Source: Takakia lepidozioides
Lineage: Eukaryota; Plantae; Bryophyta
Length of the DNA stretch: 64,000 nucleotides
Direction: 5' to 3'
Assembly: GCA_030704615.1 (NCBI GenBank)
Contig: CM060732.1
Location: 4,588,001 to 4,652,000, forward strand
Each line of letters starts with the position of its first letter. The stretch's first letter is position 1. Positions 13,040-24,990 of this stretch are shown in pieces. Under the pieces are notes generated by a model. It worked only from the letters and a program-made list of their open reading frames with translations. It made no database searches and had not been told where the DNA came from. Both the position numbers and the translations under genes were made by a program.

Positions 13040-13737
13040 ATGGTGAAGTGGCCCACACTGCAGCTAAAGCACTCCCCCTCGTATGAGCTATACTTAGACT
13101 CTGCAGCGTTGTTCGAGTGGCTAGCATAAGCCACTATGAACTCTCTTCCCTCATCATCCACCTGTGTAGCACCGCTCCAAGCCCTAGCATGCTCCAATCC
13201 GTATGCAGCTGAAATGGGCGCGCCCTGATAGGTCGTCTCAAGATGGGCGCCGAGGTCAACCTCGCCTTGAGCTCCTAAAAAGCTCGCTCTTGCTCATCTT
13301 CCCACTGTCACTCTTGGTCTACCTTGGTCAGCTTGGTTAGAGCCTTTGCAATAGCACTAAATTCCTTGACAAACCGTCTATAGTAGTTTGCCAACCCCAT
13401 GAAAGCTCGAACTCGGTCACATCCGTGGGGCGTGGAATCTGTGCAATGGCCTCTGCCTTAGTCTGCTGTACTCCCAATCCTCCAGGATATATCATGTGGC
13501 CCAGATACTCAATCTGGTTGTGGAAGAACTTGCACTCCCCCGGATGTAATTTCAATCCGTGCGCTCTCAAGCACTCAAACACCACCTGAAGGTGTCTCTC
13601 GTGTTCCTCCACCGTAGCATAAAGATGATGATGTCATCTATGTAGCACCGAGCAAAATCCACCCCTGCTAGAATCCTGTCCATGACTCTCTGGAACTCTG
13701 CAGGAGCGTTCTTAAGCCCGAATGGTAAGAACCGCCA
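13040..13737 (-). mobile_element. Ty3/gypsy RT-RNase H fragment
   Basis: WRFLPFGLKNAPAEFQRVMD..CYIDDIIIF, YLGHMI, RAFMGLANYYRRF, FQLHTDWS..LGAVL, VAYAS; contains frameshifts. Confidence 0.9.
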
Positions 13738-13740
13738 AAC

Positions 13741-14540
13741 GGAAATGTGGCAACTGCAAATACATCGTTTTGGAAATGCGGCACCACATTTCCATAACCA
13801 GGGCATGAACAATTTTCCGTTTCCTGTTTTGGACATCAGAAATCGTGAGGCCGAACGAAAATGCGGTGCCGCATTTCCGTTTTCGACATGGAAGTTTTGC
13901 CCATGGCCAGCTCCCCATTGAGGTAAATGGAAATGCGGCGCCGCATTCGGAGGTCGATCCCATGGCGGACATGGAAATGAGGTGCCGCATTTCCATTTTG
14001 GAAATGGATGTTTGTCCAATTCCCGACCCTTCGACGGAAATGCAGCACCACATTCCATCGTGCTGGACGGAAATGCGGTGCCGCATTCCATTGTCCAATA
14101 CGAAATTTCGATGACGGACATGGAAATGCGGTGCCGCATTTCCATTTTGGAGATGGATGTTTGTCCAATTCCAGACCCTTCGACGGAAATGCGGCACGGC
14201 ATTCCATTATGCTGGACGGAAATGCGGCACCGCATTTCATCGTGTTGGACGGAGATGCGGTGCCGCATTCCATTGTCCAATACGAAATTTTGATGACGGA
14301 TATGGAAATGCGGTGCCGCATTTCCAGAACGGACATGGACATGCATTGGCGATTGGACATGCTTGGACAATTGAAGGTCAAATTTGGAAATGCGGTACCG
14401 CATTTCAAATTCAAAGTATGGAAATGCCATGTCAAGAAAGAAAATGCGGTACCGCATTTCCGTTATGACCAGAACGGCGGAGTGGGAGCTGCCGGAAATC
14501 GCTGCATGGAAAGAAATGAAATGCGGTGCCGCATTTCCGA
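13741..14540. repeat. Array of about 14 copies of the palindrome GGAAATGCGG-NN-CCGCATTTCC
   Basis: Copies start at 13772, 13857, 13929, 13973, 14036, 14069, 14122, 14185, 14218, 14251, 14304, 14386, 14440 and 14517. Confidence 0.92.
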
Positions 14541-14817
14541 GCTTGGACATGTACATGTTTCCGTTTATTCATAGATGGATTTCCTTCACCTCAGGACTTT
14601 GATATCGCTGACTCTGATATATTCATGTGGACAGACACATTGTAGAAATGAGACCACAAATTGTAAACAGTGGGCTAATAACAACAGTTCTTGAATACAA
14701 TGAAACTCAGCACACAGAAGTGAGGGACGATGGGTTATTTTATTGATCGAACACGGTGTGTCACATTTAGCAACTCCAAAAAAATCTAAGCCATTCCGCC
14801 TTCCTTCTACATGGGCG

Positions 14818-15270
14818 TCACCAAGTCGACGGAACTTCGATAGCCCTCAAAACAAGCTCATTATTGACGCGGCACCTCCAAGTAAATTGCATTGCGGTCG
14901 TTCTGGTGCCCTTGGTGGAGCTGACGACAATGTCATGCCCATCAATGATACCACCATCATACATTGACAAGGTCACTGTGGGCCTCATGTGCCTGTGCGA
15001 TTCGTCTTCGCAACTCAGCCGAATGTCTCCATACACTGGAAGAGCGGACTAAACTCCACGAATATAGTTTTCCCCGGTGTCGTCCTCCCTAGTCCACTGG
15101 CAGCAGTTCCAACGCCAAAGCGAGGCCATGCGTGATCTGTCCGGCATCCCGTTCCAGCTTGGTATATCGAGGTCAACAATTTGCAGCACCCACGGGCCGC
15201 ATTGACCCTCGCCCTCACCTTGCTCAAAGCGGTAATAGCCCTCCAAACACGGATTGCGGCGGCACGACAT
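14818..15270 (-). pseudogene. Orphan 'WNCCQWT' protein, paralog 1
   Basis: PWVLQIVDLDIPS..LWRWNCCQWT..YGDIRL..LSMYDGGIIDGHDIVV..QFTW, with one in-frame stop. Homologous to 15810-16350 and 45241-45831. Confidence 0.6.
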
Positions 15271-15809
15271 CCTTGCAAAAGATTAGCGGAGTACGCTCAA
15301 TGACAGCAGCTCCCGGATGGAGGAGGTAGCAGCGCGGTGGCTGGAAGTAGTTCAAGGACATGACAATGTTTTACAAACGGTGCAATTCCTCACTTACACT
15401 CCAGGGCACATTTAAATTTCCCCCCTACAAGAACCTGCACGGATGAAGATTGGCTGCTTTATAAATGTAGCCGTTTCAGTTTCCTTCCGTGCCATGCAAA
15501 CTATGGGCCGTAAGTGCCAGGTGGGTCTATAGCCACTCGAGACGACTTCATCCATCTCCCCTTCGATGTAAATGCGGCGCCGAATTTCCATCCGGGGGAT
15601 GGACTTCTGTGGCAGATGGCCGACTGTTCCCTGTGGATGAGGAAAAGTAAGCGGTTCATCCGCCACTAGCGTGATGAACACGTTACACGATGATTGGTGG
15701 GTAGGTGGGACCCAGATGCTCCATTATTGGAGCCCGCACTGCTCTTCCGCTTCTCATCATTTTGAAAATCAAAGGGCTTCGTTGCTGTCTGCAAGGTCAT
15801 TGTCATCGA

Positions 15810-16350
15810 CATCAAACACGTCCTCAGGACCTCCTTTGCAAGGAAATGTCGTGCTTGCGGAACTAGGACGACTACCCTTATGGAAGCTTCGATTATGCAG
15901 TGTATTCGGCAACATCGGGAGACATCGTTATCTGGCACACAGTTTTCACAGAAGATAGTGGGGCGAATATGGAAACATTGTCAGCTTTTGAGTATATCCC
16001 AGGCCACTACACCTAGCGGGATGACGATCTTGGTCTGAGGAGTCCATGACTCCTGCGCATCCTTGATTCCGATTTTCCCAGCTACGACGGGCACCCATGC
16101 AGAAGAATGCGCACTGCTATGCTGTTGCAGTGGAATTGCTGCCAGTGGACGTGGGTGGATTCCATCGGAGAGACATATACTCCTGAAGGAGTGCGCTCTT
16201 CTTCTCCATTGTATGGGGACATTCGCATTGGTGTGGAGGACAAAAAAGTGAAGCTTTCCATATTCGATGGTGATATGATTGAAGGGCACGACATTGTGGT
16301 GAACATCAACAGGGGCGGTACAACGGTTGCAATCCAGTTTACCTGCAGCC
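15810..16350 (+). pseudogene. Orphan 'WNCCQWT' protein, paralog 2 (truncated)
   Basis: FDYAVYSATSGDIVIWHT..LLQWNCCQWTWVD..YGDIRI..LSIFDGDMIEGHDIVV. Very similar at DNA level to 45241-45770. Confidence 0.6.
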
Positions 16351-16352
16351 CC

Positions 16353-16770
16353 CACTGCCAAAGGTGAACGGTCATCATTTTGCACCCTCTATGGTTGCCT
16401 CCCTTGGTCCAAAATGCCCTCAACCGTGAGGTTGGGTGGCCGTTGAATGGAATCATAGGCTCTCTTGAGGAACTCTAGTGGTGCAAGATTGGTCCACCAC
16501 AACCTAGGCCTATGTGCCCGTGAACCCACTGCAGCTGCATCCAATAATATAGCTGGTCCAATCCAAGACCGCACCCGATGCACACTAGCCATAACCCTGG
16601 CCCGAGAATCCCCCATGAGAGGAACATTCTCCAGGATGTAAGCTGGAGGTTGCACTTGCCTCACCTGCAAGTCATGCAACACTTGTAACATCTCCCAAAA
16701 TAAATGCGACCTTGCATCATGCAAGCCATTCCCATGACCTTCAGGAGAGTGTCCTTGGCAAGGCCCGTGG
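16353..16770 (-). pseudogene. DNA (cytosine-5) methyltransferase fragment, probably retrotransposon-borne
   Basis: Motif IV GPCQGHS, motif V LHDARSHLFWEM, motif VI YILENV and motif VIII AHRPRLWWTNL occur in the canonical order. Motif I is missing. Confidence 0.85.
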
Positions 16771-17430
16771 GGCAAGAGTGGCTTTAGGGGCAATGGAAAG
16801 ATGCAGGATGGACCTGCTTCGTGGGACGGACATGCTCCAGTGGACGGCTGTGCTGCATGGGAAGGCAGTGTACCTGTTCCTTGGAGAATTGGTGGGATGT
16901 GATTGTCGGGGGAGCTTCTTCCTGGTGGGCCTGCTTCAAAAAGCATGGGGTCATTGTGATCTTTCCTTTTTTTGTGCACAGGGGAGGAAGAGCGCTGCAG
17001 AGAAGTGTCCCAGTCTGGTGTAGGCAGCTGCAATGGCCGAATCATGCCCGTGGGTAGAGAGGTAGCTGAGTGAATGTGACCTGTGGGATTGAGAATACCT
17101 TGATTCGGGGCAGCTCTTGGTTGAGAGTCTGGGGTTCCCAATGGCAGAGATGCCCGCTTATGTTTAGATTTAGGACAATCAATTCTCAGATGGCCTGTTT
17201 GCCCGCAGATGTAGCAGGCAGTTGCTGAAGTGTCTTTCTGTGGATTTTACTGAGAAGAAGTTCCCTTCCTCATCTATTGGCAAGCGAATAAATTCTGGGA
17301 GGATAGCATCAGCGGGCATTGTCACCACAATTTTTGCAAAGCCCAAATCATTAATTCTGGAGGCTATGGTTGTGTGTTTCCAAGCTGGATTCTCCTTGAG
17401 TGCCTTTGGGCACATCTCTGGGTCAAAGAC
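16771..17430 (-). mobile_element. LINE ORF1-like fragment with CCHC zinc knuckle
   Basis: CYICGQTGHLRIDC at about 17175-17216, preceded by AKIVV..LPEFIRLP and followed by a Pro-rich linker. Confidence 0.55.
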
Positions 17431-17980
17431 TGACAAGCACCCCAAGTAAACACCAAAGATGTTTGGGTTTCCAAGTGACTGTTTGGAGTGTATCGATTTT
17501 TTATAAATGTATAGATAGACCACGTAACTTATCATTGGTGCAGTAGTACTCTATAGATATTTCTATAGACACACCAATGCTCTATATCCACTAATGACTT
17601 TTATTTCCATATAAAAACGCATATATAAAACCCATGTGACCATGGTTTGTGCTCACGTCAATTGTACTCACAGAATATCATTCTCCCCATGGCAAGCGGT
17701 GCAAGTTTATACGTTTATACACAAATTTGATATTTTGAGTAAAATCTTTGCCCAGGTTTTCATTGTCAATGATAGCAAGAATCAGTTTTTGTTTTTAAAC
17801 AAAATTTAGCCAGATTTCAACCTGAAAAATGGTCCGGTCAGCTACTTATACAAAGGAAATATGGGAGGTTAAATCCAGAAGTTTGCCAAAAAGCTTGTTG
17901 AATATCATGAGCCTGATTCTGCTAAAACCAGTGTTGGTCTGGTATACAGGCGAAGGATGGATATAAGTACTGGTATATGC

Positions 17981-19715
17981 TTTTTTTTTCATTTTTAATT
18001 TTTTTTTTGGAAAGGGGAGCGATGCGGCCCCTGCGAACTTTATTTGGGATTATTAGGAGGAAAAAAAATTAAAACCTCCGGGCAAACCATAAGGCTACCA
18101 CGCTGCAAGCACCGAGATCAAGCTCACGAAACTGTTATCAAGGGCCGAAGCCCCCACAACCAGATCCATAGATCTGAACAAAGAAACTTGAACAACTAGC
18201 ATCTCTCTAATAAATGAGCTACGAAGAAGTGACTAGAGCAGAGTAAGTAAGAGTGCCAAAGCATGGCATTCAAGAATCTAAATAATCGCATGTCACCAAG
18301 GCTAAAATCCAGAACAAAGATTGGATCCGGAAAGAGCCCCAGAGACACTACAGGCCCCGCAAAAACCAGCCCCAAGCAAAGGAGCAATGAAACCCCTCAA
18401 GTCTAGATGGGAGACTGAAGGGAGCGTGGGCCCCAGCTGAGACCAAGCTGCCGGGAGGAGATGGAATGAGGACCATCACGCTTTCCCATGGACATCAGCA
18501 ATGTTGCGGTTTGAGTAAATTACGCATGTCACCTAGGCTAAAACCAGAAAAAAGGATTCCTACACATTGTTGGGCCCGCATAAACCAGCCCCTAAGCAAT
18601 GGTGCAATGAAAATCCTCAAGTCAAGATGGGAGATTGAAGGGAGTGCGGGCCCCAGTTGAGACGAAGCTGAGACCAGGAGAGAAAATGAGGACCAGTGCA
18701 CTTTTCTAGGGACAAAAGCATTGCTACGGTTTCAGTGCAAATGCCTCTAGAAATCTGTCCCGTGCCCATAATGAACCCACAATCTGGTGGCCCCCGCCCA
18801 TGGCCCTTGAATCACCACGGGTAGCAGTTCACCGGTCTTCCATGACTGTCGGCCATCGCTTCTACGACGATGCATGGCAAAGTAGCCCGGCTAGAGCACA
18901 TTCATGCATGCGAGGAGCGCCAGAAGGTGTGCAAGGCTGAGGAGAAGGGCCCGCCATCCCCAAGATGCCCAAACCCAGGCACAGGACAAACGGGACGGAG
19001 AGACGAGGAGCTATCAGCTTGGTGTGCGTCGTCCCTTTCACTGCGTGGATTGAAGCTGCATTTTCTGGATTCCTTTCAATTTCTACACCCATCCTTGTCC
19101 ATGCCTTCTTAGCGTCAATCGTCAAATCAAAGAAAATACGAGTAAGAAGGGCAGAGGTTGAGAGGGTGGCGCCAGTGAATGTCCAAATACATCTGGCCTT
19201 CCACAAATGCCACCAAGGTTGTTGTTCTGAGTGATTCGAAAACGCAGCATTTAATTGTTCTTTGCTTGGTTTGTCTGTCATAGTTAAGTAATATAGCGAG
19301 CGGGGTTAAAGGGCCTTGGTTCCATGTTTGGTAGAAGCTGGTGACTATTGGCCAAATAATCCTGGGATCTTTGCAATGAATCAAACAATGTTCGATGGAT
19401 TCCAGATGAATGCCACCTGTAACATTTGCAAAGAAGCGCTTCTGGAAATTCCAGCCATTGTCCCACCTTCAAAATTCTGTTTGCAATTTGCCACAAAAAG
19501 GCACTACCTTTTGGCTGGCTTGAGTTTGTCCCATATTGTGTTCCAAGATCACTGTCCAATTTCATGTTAAAAACCATAGTCTGACCATCTTCCATCCCAC
19601 CGATCCTGCATCGGTTGATGATCCATGAGGCCCCTATAAGCTTTTTTGGTAGAGTATGTGAAGAACCGGTAGAGTTTTCTCGCAAAGTTCCAAGACCATT
19701 CTGCAAGATCTAGCT
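17981..19715 (-). mobile_element. 5'-truncated LINE (ORF2 C-terminal zf-RVT region, 3' UTR, poly-A)
   Basis: FLWQIANRILKVG..LCKC..IEHCLIHC..W. AATAAA at about 18039-18044 is followed by an A-tail (T-run on the plus strand, 17981-18008). A ~236-bp internal duplication starts at 18287 and 18523. Confidence 0.75.
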
Positions 19716-19759
19716 CCAGGTTTTGTAGTTATTTTTTCTTTTTTTGAAAAATCACCACC

Positions 19760-19985
19760 AGTCAGTATCTCAGTTGGATAGACCACTGAGTGCCATCCAT
19801 ATGATTCGGGGTCAAATCCTGCTACATTGTTGGGTGTGGTATGTTCTTCCCATCAGCCAGCCTTCACGGGCGAGGTTACTATGAAAGAGGTTATTTTCTC
19901 CTCTCACTATAATTAAGGGGCCTGATTTGTGAGCTGTCGCTCCCAGGTGTTTCCCCTTCTTAATTTTTTTTTAAAAAGAAAAAGA
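19760..19985 (+). mobile_element. tRNA-derived SINE
   Basis: A-box-like TATCTCAGTTGG, B-box-like GGGTCAAATCC, A-rich tail, and flanking near-duplicates aaaatcacc / aaaatcgcc. Confidence 0.6.
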
Positions 19986-20834
19986 AAATCGCCTGAGGGA
20001 CCCCACATGTAAGTCTACCCAATGGCCATGTGGCGAGAATAAGGAGGTGGCAGTTAAAAAAGTGGTTACATCAGTGGTGACCCGTTTTAGCTAGTGTTGG
20101 TCTGGTATTACATTTAGGACATACCAGACTAAACGAATACCAAAGGTTTCACAAGATGTCCAAGATGAATACCAATCTGGTACATATAATGGCAGATGCA
20201 TTTCACTGCCAAGAGTCAATCGCTCTGTTTTCCTTTTTTTTTTTTTTTAAATCCAAAGGAAACATATTCTTTTCTTTTTGGATAAAACTCAAGGAAACGT
20301 GAGATAGGGGTTCGTTCATCTGTAAATATGGATGGAGTACATCTGCACTTATCTTCAACTAACTTGGTACCCAGAATAGGTAAATGGCAGAAATCCTTTG
20401 GTGCCCACTGGGCAGGACTAGAAAGGAGCTTTTATTCTCATTTGTTGAGTGACTTGGCTCTTATGTGGCAAGAAACCCGACACCCACTTGGCCGAACCTC
20501 AATGGTAGAGATTCTTTCTAGGGATGGAATGGAATTCGAAAAAAGTGTGTAGAATTTCTAGCGACATATTCCGAGTTCAGAATATGTCACTGGAAATTAC
20601 TAGGGCCATTCTAGTTACTAAAGTGAGACCTATCTTTGATGCTTGATACACAGGAGGGCTTTAGAATCACAGTGCACACGTGGAAGTGTGTCAACCAGGC
20701 CACGTATAGCAATAGTCAGTGTGAAATGCGGACATGGATTCTGGACCTTTTGGATCCTCTAGGTTTGTGCTTCAGCTTTCGTTTGAATGTTGGCAAGCAA
20801 TCTGCATCGGGTGGAGCTGCAAAGGATTGGATTT

Positions 20835-21280
20835 TGAATCTGGAGAGCAGGGCATTCGGAAGGGGCTTGAAAACCCATCTGGTATGTGCGGCAGTTGGCA
20901 GCCATGTCCGGAGTGACGGATGCAATGCTGCAGAGGTCACAAGTGTTTGGAAAGGGAGCGTCTGCTCCTCCATGTTTTGAGCTAGAACGGCTGGATAGTA
21001 AGATTCGAAGCGAGGATGGATTTTCAATTTCCAGACCTATGATTGTAATGAGGGATTGAATCTGGAGAGCAGGGCATTCGGAAGGGGCTTGAAAACCCAT
21101 ATCTGGTATGTGCGGCAGTTGGCAGCCATGTCCGGAGTGACGGATGCAATGCTGCAGAGGTCACAAGTGTTTGGAAAGGGGGAGTCCGCTCCTCCATGTT
21201 TTGAGCTAGCACGGCTGGATAGTAAGCTTCGAAGCGAGGATGGGTTTCAATTCCCAGACCTATGATTGTAATGAGGGATT
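20835..21280. repeat. Direct tandem duplication, 2 x ~223 bp
   Basis: TGAATCTGGAGAGCAGGGCATTCGG..CAGACCTATGATTGTAATGAGGGATTG occurs twice with few differences. Confidence 0.9.
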
Positions 21281-21589
21281 GTCACTACAGGGTTGCGCTT
21301 TGATTTGAATGAAGAAAGGTTTTCCAGCCATGGACCTGATCTCGACTCGGGTGATAGCCAGCAATTGTATTTCACAGGTTGCGTGTAGAGCACCAATGTC
21401 CATGCGAATTTTCTTCTCATATGAAGATTCTTACTTGTTGGAGAGTATATGCGGCGGCTCAGCTGCATTTGTGGGGGATTCAGCCATATGACTGAGGCAA
21501 GGTTGAGGGTGGTTAGTCTTCCAAACCACAGTGTCCTGTTGCCTTGCAGTTTTCCTAAAACGCTCACACAAGTGTAGAGGTTGGGACAC

Positions 21590-24500
21590 ATGGCGCAAGC
21601 ATGTACCATACACAAATGTGTGTACAACAGTTCCCCTGTCTATCCTGTTCTCCCACAATTTCCGTCGACTTCTGTCTACCCTCTCCTTTCTAATCTCTGG
21701 CAAGACAAAAGCTTTCTAGATGGAAGGCAACCACAGCCTTCCCATCCACAGTTGCCCTTGTTCCATTCTTTTAGACGGAAGTTCTCCGCTAATTTCCTCA
21801 GAGCTCTTAAATATCAGACTCGCTCCAGCTCTTTCCAAAATTTCCAACAACAGTCCAACCTACCAAGCTTTAGAGCAGCTGGGTTTGGTAACCAAACCGG
21901 TAGAATGAGCTGGAAGCTTGAGGATAGAGAGGTAGAAGAATTTATGCAAGGTGGAAGAACACTATTTTCTGGACCCTGTCGAAGGAGGGGCGCTGCGGTA
22001 GTCGCCATGTATACTCTTCCCCGGCCCCTCTCTTTCCTCCCATCAGCCGGTCCCCTGCGGGACTTTCTCTTTGCCACTGTTGGCGCAGTTGTAGCCTTTC
22101 TCTTTGCAGGGATTCTTGCCAGGATTTGGTGTCTAGAGGAGCGGTATTTCAGGGCGGCAGCTGCGGAGAGAGGGAAGGCAGCCATGCCAGAGATGGGGTC
22201 CAATCCAGGGCAGAAGGAGACGGTTGAGTGGGTGAACATGGTGATTCACAAAATTTGGAAGGTTTACAGACGAAGTCTGGAGGTGTGGCTGGTTGATCTG
22301 TTGCAACCGGCAATAGACAACCTGGGAAAACCTGACTATGTTAAAAGAGTAGAAATCGCAGAGTTTTGCCTGGACTACGAGCCTCTCTCTGTGCGGAACG
22401 TGCAACACCGTGCATCAAGGTAACAGAAAACCACTTTGGACTGCGGTGTGCCACCATATTGAGGGTTTCGATAAACATTATCATAGTCCCAACCCACATC
22501 ATGTGGCTCTGGAGCACATTGCATTTGTCTTTGTCAACCATGCTGGATTGAATGATTCTCTTTTTGATAAAGCAATTGTCTATGCAAGTAGAATGTTCCT
22601 TAGGGGCCACTCTCCTGCAACCCCTTCGGACTAGACTGGTTTACACTGGTGTCAGTACCTAATTTTTTGCACTTTTACTCCTTGTTACAGGCGAGCCAAT
22701 GATTTACAATACCAATTTGGCCTACGATACACTGGGGGAGCAAGGTGTCTCCTAAATTTAAAGCTTGGAACGGCAGGTGTTGAAACCTCGATCCCGGTTG
22801 GAGTGTACGATCTTGATGTGGATGCAGAGCTGTGGCTGAAGCTGCGGCTGGCACCTGTGAAACCATATGTGGGGACCCTGTCCATAGCATTTGTTCAACT
22901 TCCAACTATAAAGCTGGTCTTAGCACCCTTTCGCTTAGTGAACCTTTTTTCAATCCCGTTCTTGTCCAGATTTCTCTCCAAGCTGCTGACGATTGACCTT
23001 CCCCGCCTCCTAGTTCTTCCCCGGCACATCACCTTCGACTTTTTGCCACAGGGGCAGAATGCTTTGGATTCAGTTGAGGCCATGAAAAGTTCGCTTGAGT
23101 CAGGGGCTATGGATGAATCTTTGGCATCAGGTGTTTTGGATCTGTTGAAGAGTGGGGTGACTGAGCCTGTGCCTTCCCAGGCAGAGCCTAGTGATGCGTT
23201 TGTTGGGGAGCTCACTGTCACTGTCTGTGAGGCCCGAGATCTACCAATACGGGGTTTTACAGGGTGGAGCAACCCATATTGTATTCTTGCACTGGGAGAT
23301 CAGGTGATAGAGAGCAAACGTAACAAGGAGACTTCACACCCAGCTGGCCACAATGATCCCGTGTGGAACCAAGATTTCCAGTTCTTAGTGGAGGATCCCT
23401 GGAGGCAAAAGCTGATGCTGCGGGTTCGTGACAGCACGCTCACCCTCAACCCCAACATTGGCTACTGCCAGATCTCTCTAGCGGATCTCAAGGTGATATG
23501 GCACTGTATCCCGTCGCAAAGGTCATTGCATGTTGATGTCTTTGTTTTTTAATACTTGATTTTTGTATTGACATTTGTGTTTGGGCAATGTGCACGAACA
23601 ATGCATATTGCTACGAATGAGGAGAAAGTACTAGCCAGGACATTTAGTGATAACACTCTTGTGATGGTTTGGTTGAGAAGGATTTGCGCATGTGACCAAG
23701 AGGAGAGGGTAAACACAGCGGTCTACCGGTTGCCAGTGAGATTTTGCAGTGTTCGTTGGAGACTAACCAGATGGACCTCCAACATGAGTGAAAGTCATTT
23801 AGCTGCTAGTGACTAGGTGATTTTGGACTAGCAGTTGATGCTAAAATTTGGGTCTATCTTTCCAGGATTGTGTGCCTCGCAGTCAGTGGGTTCCATTGAC
23901 ACGTGAGAGCCCTTTTGGTGCCAAAAAAGTCCCTGGGCATGTGCATTTGGCTCTAACATACAAGTCATTTGTTGACGAAGATGAAGATCTTGGTGGGGAT
24001 GTGGATGGGTCTCTTGCTCCCTACATCAAAGTTTTCAGTGATTCTAGTGCAGGGAGCGATGAAGAAATTGGTACAAGCCTGGGAGAAGAAATTGCCTCCA
24101 GCCTAAGAGAGGAGGCAAGTGGCAGAGATCAGAATGGATCTCTGGTAGCAGATGATGACAATGCCGAAGTGGTCCAGAGACAGAGCGGGGATGTGAGCAT
24201 AGAAGTGACAAGTACATCAATGTCCTTTCCTGCACAGAATGGGGCTTCCAGGAAACGGAGGGGGAGCACAGCCGGAGGTGCAAGGGGTCAGAATGGTGCT
24301 GTGGCAGGAGGTCCCAAGAAACAGAAGGAAGGTGGGGAACAACACCTAGGGGTGCAAAATCAGGCATTGACTGAGCATGCAAAACAACACTGTGTTGCTC
24401 CAGCTGGGAATCTGGGGCATCAGAACGTGGGTTCCCCTGCGGGAAGGTGGGATTCAAATGGGACTGCAGTGAATGGCTCTGGGATGCAAAATTGTACAGG

Positions 24501-24990
24501 CAGAAGTCCAGGTTCTCGGCAAGGAAACCGGGCTGTAGCAAGTGGTCATCTGGAAGGAAACACTTCTGCTTCAGGGAATCTCAATCAACCAAATGGCACT
24601 ACAACTCGGTTGCAAAATGGGAGTTACATGGAACATGTTGTTCGACTAAAGAATCTGGACAGGGTCCCAGTAGCTGTTTCTCAGGCTGCAGATGGAAGTG
24701 ATGCAGAAGCTTCCATTGGACAGAATTGGAGCTCAGCAGGGGTTTCTGAAGAATGTAGTGAAACAGTAGATGGGGTTCTTAATGCCAGAGTATCTGACGC
24801 TTCTAATGTTTTACTGAATAATGAGGCTATCATTGCTGAAGAGGTACCAGCAGAGGTCACAGAGAATGATTTTGTAGGGCAACCCTCAAAGACCGATGGG
24901 TCTTCGAAAATAATCTGGTTGTGTTTAGTGACCACCATGGCCTATGTGCTGGGCTGCAGTTTACATATATCAAATCCCTTGCATCCGTGA
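21590..24990 (+). CDS. NTMC2T5: N-terminal TM, SMP and C2 domain protein (synaptotagmin/tricalbin-like); exons 21590-22419, 22691-23492, 23866-24990; 918 aa
   Basis: GT-AG introns keep the frame. KETVEWVNMV..PDYVKRVEI..EPLSVRNV..RRANDLQYQFGLRYTGGAR matches the plant NTMC2T5 SMP domain. C2 domain FVGELTVTVCEARDL..NPYC..PVWNQDFQFLV. Transit-peptide-like N-terminus and C-terminal hydrophobic segment. Confidence 0.9.

Noticed and set aside
13567-14574. Long overlapping ORFs with CGTAFP / NAAPHF / MRHRIS repeats
   Set aside because: These are translations of the stop-poor palindrome array in several frames, not proteins.
19760-19830. tRNA gene
   Set aside because: A and B boxes are present but there is no cloverleaf, and a body and A-tail follow, so it was called a SINE.
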